Source: Amoebophrya sp. A120
Taxonomy: Eukaryota; Protista; Dinoflagellata
Direction of reading: 5' to 3'
Assembly (NCBI GenBank): GCA_905178155.1
Contig: CAJINV010000008.1
Coordinates: forward strand, 1,798,001-1,862,000
DNA length: 64,000 nucleotides
Shown: positions 58,051 through 64,000 of the stretch, one piece after another
Numbering within the stretch: position 1 is the first letter of the stretch
How the letters are laid out: each line of letters starts with the position of its first letter
Translations under genes and position numbers: made by a program
Notes under the pieces: model-generated
Database searches by the model: none
Seen by the model: only the letters and a program-made list of their open reading frames with translations
What the model was told of the DNA's origin: nothing

Positions 58051-61000
58051 TCACCCTTCGACCACTTCGTCGCCTCCGCCATCCGCTTCTGCCTCCTCTC
58101 CTTCCTGCGGTGACTGCGCCACGTCGCTATCCAAGTGGTAGGTACTTTTGTGCTCCTCATGCTCCGGGCTCGTTGCACCGTCCAGCAAGTTCTCCTCCTC
58201 GAGGGAGGGTGCAACATCACCGTCCTCACCATCGACGGCTTGCTTCGGCCTCATCAGGCTGATGCAGCAGATTACGATAATGATGACAGCGCAGATCCCG
58301 ATAAAAATCATGTCGCCGCCGTGTTCCTTCGCGATCGCTTTGGCCTTCTTCTTCTTCACCTGTGCCTCGATGGGTACGGTCGTGTGGGGCGGAAGGGTGC
58401 CTGTAATTGTGTATTGCGGAATGGATTCTTCTTTGAAATCGCTGTGTCTGTACTATCCATCATGATCATCAATATCAATGACACGAAAAAAAAAACGCAC
58501 AGAAAATAACGACTACACTAAACTTGTACGCACGATGAATACTTTCTTCGTCAACCGGAGTCAGTTTTGCTCCCACACTTGGAGTGCCGGTGACCACGGG
58601 AGCAGTAGTTACGGCCATCAAATTTATCCCCGACACCCCGTGCGTGCTCAAACCCGCTACCAAGTTAGTGTGCAAGTCTCCAGGAAACGTTGAAGCGGTG
58701 ATGTCCTGCTCTACTGCGTTTTTGTCTGCAGGATTGCAAAAAACCGAGTACTGGATCTCAACTGAGCCGATCGCTCTGCTTCGCCGTGTCGCTGCTGCGC
58801 CCTCGCCGCTTTCTTGTTGCGCTTCCTGTAGTTGTTCTGCTAGACTCGTTACCCGGCGCGCGCGGGCTCGGCCATCTCGGCCACTTCCAGGCTCAAACGG
58901 TAAAACATCAGAGCTCCTGTGGTGCTTTTTTTCTTCCCGCAGCAGCACCGGTTTTCTTTTCCCTTCGGATCGTTGAGCTTCCTGGCCCCGCGCAAATGTT
59001 GACTCCAGCACGTCCATATCCTTATCAACAGCTACCGCTTCATTTTCCCATGACCTGGGACGATCGCTAGCAAGAACGGCACCGCTTTCCTCTACGAGCG
59101 CTGACGCCGCAGCGCTGCTGCCACTCAAACTCATTGGGGATGAAGATTCGGCTGTGAGCGCGCGCAACTCTACGTCCGTTGTTTCTACCGCGACAGTAAA
59201 ACTTTTTGCGATAGCCTCTTCGAGCGCAGCTTGGAAATCCGCGCCTTCGCTTATTGTCTCGACGGTCTCAGAACTGCCGGACACATCCAGACTCAGACGG
59301 ATCGCGCCCTGCACACTCTCCATTTTTGTGCCGGAGTTTATTTCGTCCTTTTCTGCTGAGGTGTAAGTGACTGTTGTTGTCGTCGTCGTGCTAGTGCTGG
59401 TCGTACTGTAAAAGTTCTCTGCACAGTCGCTGCAATGAGGAACAGTTTTCCCCGTTAGCAGGAAGCGGCTCATGTCGATTCCACGGGGGAAATTTCGTAT
59501 CGGCCCCACATACTTCAACCCGGTCAGCGCATCGCGGGTTTCGTTCAGTTCGTAAGGACGAGCAATACTACCTGTCTGATTTGACACTTTCAAACTACTA
59601 GCGCCTCCTCCTGCAAGAGCGGCGCTTTTACTCAAGTACAAGCGTATCGTGCCGTTTCCCGCCGAACCGCTTTCATCAGCATTCTCGCTTCTATTGTGAT
59701 CTGCGACGAACAAAGGTGGCATCTCCGCGTGGAACCCTGCGTTTTCCAGACACACGTTGAGATCGCCGGCCGCGGAGGTGCTGCCTGACTTGAATTTCAC
59801 TTCCAATGCCGTCTTGTTCAACCCGACCAAATCCGCGACTTTTTCGATCGCGGAATACATGCTCAAACACTGCTTCTTCCGCGGCTGCCGCAGGAGGAAG
59901 TTTTCCATGCCCGACATAGCCATTTTCCACACATTTCGGAGAAACACCTTCTCGAAGCACTCCTCTTCGCCCTGGCCACCAGTCAGAAAAGGCATCCCCA
60001 CTTGTCCGGAAAAACGGAGCTCGGTAGCCGTCGCGTTCAACTTGATCTCTAGCTTGTTCAAATTGACAAGCGGAAAATACCCAACCGGCTCGTGCTTCTG
60101 GCAGTAGCCAATCCCCGCTCTGATGGCACTTTGGAGCGAACCGAGAATCTGTAGTTGTGTGGTCGTTGGAGCAAAGAGTTCTTTGTTTTCTTCATCGACG
60201 GTGCTCGTCGCGTTGTAGGAGCGAAAATAAAGTGAGGCGATCCGATCCCACAGACGAGGCAAAATCCATGCCGCGACAGTTCGTACGGTCCAGAAAAAAC
60301 CACGACGGCCTTACATAACTAAAAATAAAGCGAAAACAATGCTTGAGTACCACTTCGCTCCAGGCGTGCTTCCCCAGCAGAGTCTCTTTTTCCCACTTCA
60401 TCTCGAAGACGCGCTGAAAAGGATTGCACGGTGTTTTGGTCACGTGGGTAACCCAACTGGTTGTCGCAAGATGCACAGAGGAGCTGGAGTGATTGGAGTT
60501 GCTGGAACTAAAAGATGGCAATCCAGTCGATGAAGATGAACTTGGGCTGCCTTGGTAGGATTGCGACGAGATGGTTTGCGTTTGGTTCGGTAAACCATTG
60601 TTTATTCCCGTTCCACCACTAGCTGCATCTTCAACCCCTGCCGTGAAGTACTCTGTCGTGGTGTACTCCGCAACCCCCTCGGTGTGGTTGTTCGCACTGG
60701 AATTTAGGTTGAAAAAATTGGTGGAAGCGTAGTGCGAGGTTGCGTTCGTCGCGTTGTTGTCCGTCAGCTTACCCCCGAGTGCTTCGATCAACGGCTTCAT
60801 CAGGGCCATTTGCAGCCCCTCCAGCTGCACCGTCGTGTTATCCAAGGCGGATGTTTTGTTCGACCCGTGGAGAAATACCTCCAACATCTCGGCGTCGGAA
60901 AAGCTGGAAGCGGTGATGTTGTGCGATGTAGTCCCACCAGAAGCGGATCCCGGCGTGGTTGTATGATGTGTACTATCGTTGGACACTAGTGTCGTTATTA

Positions 61001-62765
61001 CCCGGTCGGTCTGATTCGTACTCCACATCCAGGAACCGTACAAATCCCAGAGCAGTGGTGGGAGAAACGTCCAGAGGCCCATGCTGCCCTGCACACCGTG
61101 GACGCCGCCCCAGCTCCAGTTGGTGTAGAGGAAGGGCTTGAAGTGGAGGGTTCCTTCGACTTCAAAAACCCCATTCACGTGCGTTTTCGCGAAAAGCGGC
61201 ATCGACGTTTCGAAAGAATTGTTACTGAAAGAGAACCCACTCGAGGACGCATTTGGTCGTGCCAACGTCGAAAGCGATCTGCATTTTCCTGCGGCCGACA
61301 CGATTTCCCGTTCGTGCACGCACTCCGGGGCGGTACACTGGTTAAAGGATTCCTTCGAAAATACGCTGTCGTCCTTGGCTGTAAACGCGAGGGTCGCACA
61401 GGTTGTGTTCTGTAGTTCACCCTGCTCCTTTCGTAGAAGTTCTTCCCCATGGACGAGACGTTGTTGGCCAGTGGATATGAAAGAACTCGCTTGATTTGTG
61501 GTCTCTGCCTCCTTGTTTGCAATCGAACACCGCTCGCAATCTATGACGTCTGTGCCTTGGATCGCCGCGCTAGTGGTACTAGAGACGTTCTTCAGCCCTG
61601 CTACCACGTCAAGGGTCGGTGCGCACACTTCCGGAAACAAAAACACGTTCCAGTGCTTGCAGATCCAGTCCACACACTCGCTATCGGTAGACCACACGCA
61701 TTCGGGTTTTGCCGTGCAGGTTACGCGGTCGTAGTAGTGAGACGCCGTTGTGGTCTCGCAGGTCGCAACTGCGGTGGTGTCCGCGTTGTCCTTGGCGTAG
61801 CAGTGGCAGGGGCTGCTGCTAGTACTAGTACCGGGTGCGACAACAGAACTCACCTGCGACACACGGTGCAGGCATCTGCTTTCACCGGAGCAGTGGAAGT
61901 GCTCGCACAAGTCACACATTGCCTGTTCGTTCGCGGTCAGGTTGTCCGGCTTCGGAATGCTGAACTCGTAGCCGGGGATTAAATGCGAATACAGCGTAAT
62001 GCCTTTTTCGTCTTTTACAGTCGTCCTGAGCTTGCGCCGCCGCCTTTTCCCATGCTGCCGTGCCATCTTCTGGTTCTGCACCGAGCTCGTACTACTAGCT
62101 ACCTCGTCGGTCTGCGAGAGTCTTGATGTTGTACTGTGCCTTTTCTCTTCCACGTAAGAGTCGTGAGATGAAGCGGATCCGGATGATGTAGTCTCGTCTC
62201 GGACACCTGCAAACTCCGCCCCCGACGCTAAACGCACTTCTTCTTCGCTCGTGTAGTGCGCCGCTGCATCCTGTCGTATTACCTCGGTTCCTATTTTCTT
62301 GGAAAAAATGGACTCTTCTTCTGCAGGAAAGACGCGGCGGATCGCGGATTGCCACTTTTTCGTTTCTGACGAGACACGAAGACACAGAGTGGAACGAAGC
62401 AGGCATCCAAAAAGATTCCTCTTCGATAAAAACGAATGGCTCATGCTGGAGCGCAGTTGTGCTGCCTTCGGGGTCATACCCACATCAAGGTGCTTTTTAC
62501 AACATGGAACCTTCTTTGCGTTTGCGATGGTGCAAACGTAGTTGCTCTCTTGCAGAACGCCATCGCGAAACGCTGTGGCTACAAACTTCGGGAGTTGTGT
62601 GATTTGTGTAGTAAGTACGAGCAGCGAAACATATAGATCACACATGGATATGGCTTTGGCTGCCAGCACACGCATAAACAAACCTTGTGTCACACCTCTG
62701 CAGCTCCTCTCCCCATTTTCTAATCTTGCAGACCTATCCTCACTCGTAAAAAAAAAAACGATCAT
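58051..62765 (-). CDS. Putative single-pass surface protein: Cys-rich and Ser/Thr-rich ectodomain, SEA-like module, C-terminal TM helix
   Basis: 857-aa and 595-aa ORFs plus an exon with TM MIFIGICAVIIIVICCISLM and an acidic tail. The junction near 60260-60350 and the start are unresolved. Confidence 0.6.
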
Positions 62766-64000
62766 TTCCCTTTGAAGACAATAGCCTCTCGATCTTCACT
62801 CAAAGATGATGCAACCCAGAAAACCCCCAAAAATTCGCTTCTCGATCACCATCTGCTTCCGGCGTTGTTGTATCTTTTTAGCTTATCCCTTCAGCACGAC
62901 ACGAGCACGACCAAAAAAACGAGCGAGAATGAAAACGAAACAATCTCGCATTCTTGTCATGATTGATGGTCATCGTCATGGTGGCATTGGAGTGAGCAAA
63001 AAAAATTGTGGTCGAGAGCAGGATGCAGCGAAACGATATCTTTGATTGCAGATGCACGGAAATTTTTGCCAGAACCGGAGAGTTCAAACGTGGAACAACA
63101 CATGAAGGCACGACGTCATGAAACTTTAGCGGGAGCTCAACCAGCGAAGAATCGGCAGCTGAAGAACCAACGCATCGATAAGATCAGAACCTCCAAAATG
63201 TGGATGCTTTTAGTTACACCAAACGCAATTCCAGTCCCGTTCAAGGAAGATATAATGGTATAGAGCAGAATGTTGAAAGGCTAGAAAAGCAGATCGCACT
63301 CTGTGTCTGTATCTTTTCGTTGTCTCAACAAATCATATCAATATCTAAAGGAAATGCCATATCAAGAACCTCTCGTAACGAATTGTTATTTGGATTGGAT
63401 TGGAAATCTGATACAAGTCCGATTCGTTCGGTAGTATCCGCTCCACCGAGGTGGGTTCACTCAGTCTTTAGCCCAAAACGTGGCATTGAGAATGATGGAA
63501 GTGAGAAGTCAAAGACTAGACAACATAACATAAAAACTAGACTGTGTGCTCGAAAAATGATTCCGAGACGCGAAAGAAGAGCAACGATCACGAAAAGGTC
63601 AGTATACGGCACGAGGACGCCAGAAAGCGTGTAGGTATAGCCACATAAATCCTCAAAACATCAAAACATTATTGAACAATTTTTTCAAAACGAAAAGCAA
63701 CTATCAGCGCTCCGTAGCATTTCCTAGAGGGATTTTTACTCCTGAATATTCACGTGAATTCGCTTGGTAATAGGTGACGCTATCAACAAATCAGTTCTAA
63801 AAGTAAAAAGCCCGGCGTGAGTTATTGCGACCACCAAAGTTTTCAGGAGATACACCTGTTCAGTGCTGCCCGTCGAATCTGTGAGTGCTTGCGCATTTTG
63901 GTAAGAATAATTACATTGGCCGCTTGGATGCACGCTTTAGCTCTTGGCGATGAGCTCTTAGCGATAGCCAATCGAGTAGGACAGACTCCAGTTTTCTACC

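Overview
Intron-rich eukaryotic genomic DNA. The architecture matches what is described for the parasitic dinoflagellate Amoebophrya (Syndiniales); this taxon call is inference. Every recognisable gene is on the minus strand: a CbiX/SirB-like chelatase, a predicted ABC-class ATPase (MRB1590-like), COX5B, a CDK, a large ankyrin+C2 protein, a DUF2855 protein, aminopeptidase N, a coiled-coil protein and a Cys-rich single-pass membrane protein. A satellite/GC-rich block lies at about 25.3-28 kb, and 28-43 kb is poorly annotatable. The main signal is 11 introner-like elements of 261-322 bp in four TIR families, all inserted inside coding exons. Each has TAT...ATA termini (one ends GTA), 30-55 bp terminal inverted repeats and a 5-bp target-site duplication. 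Removing an element plus one TSD copy restores the host reading frame in all 11 cases. Families A and B occur in both orientations relative to the host gene, and 9 of 11 cannot be read as GT-AG or GC-AG introns. All four families, despite unrelated TIRs, carry a shared 9-mer (GCATNACAA/TTGTNATGC) in pairs spaced 31-33 bp.
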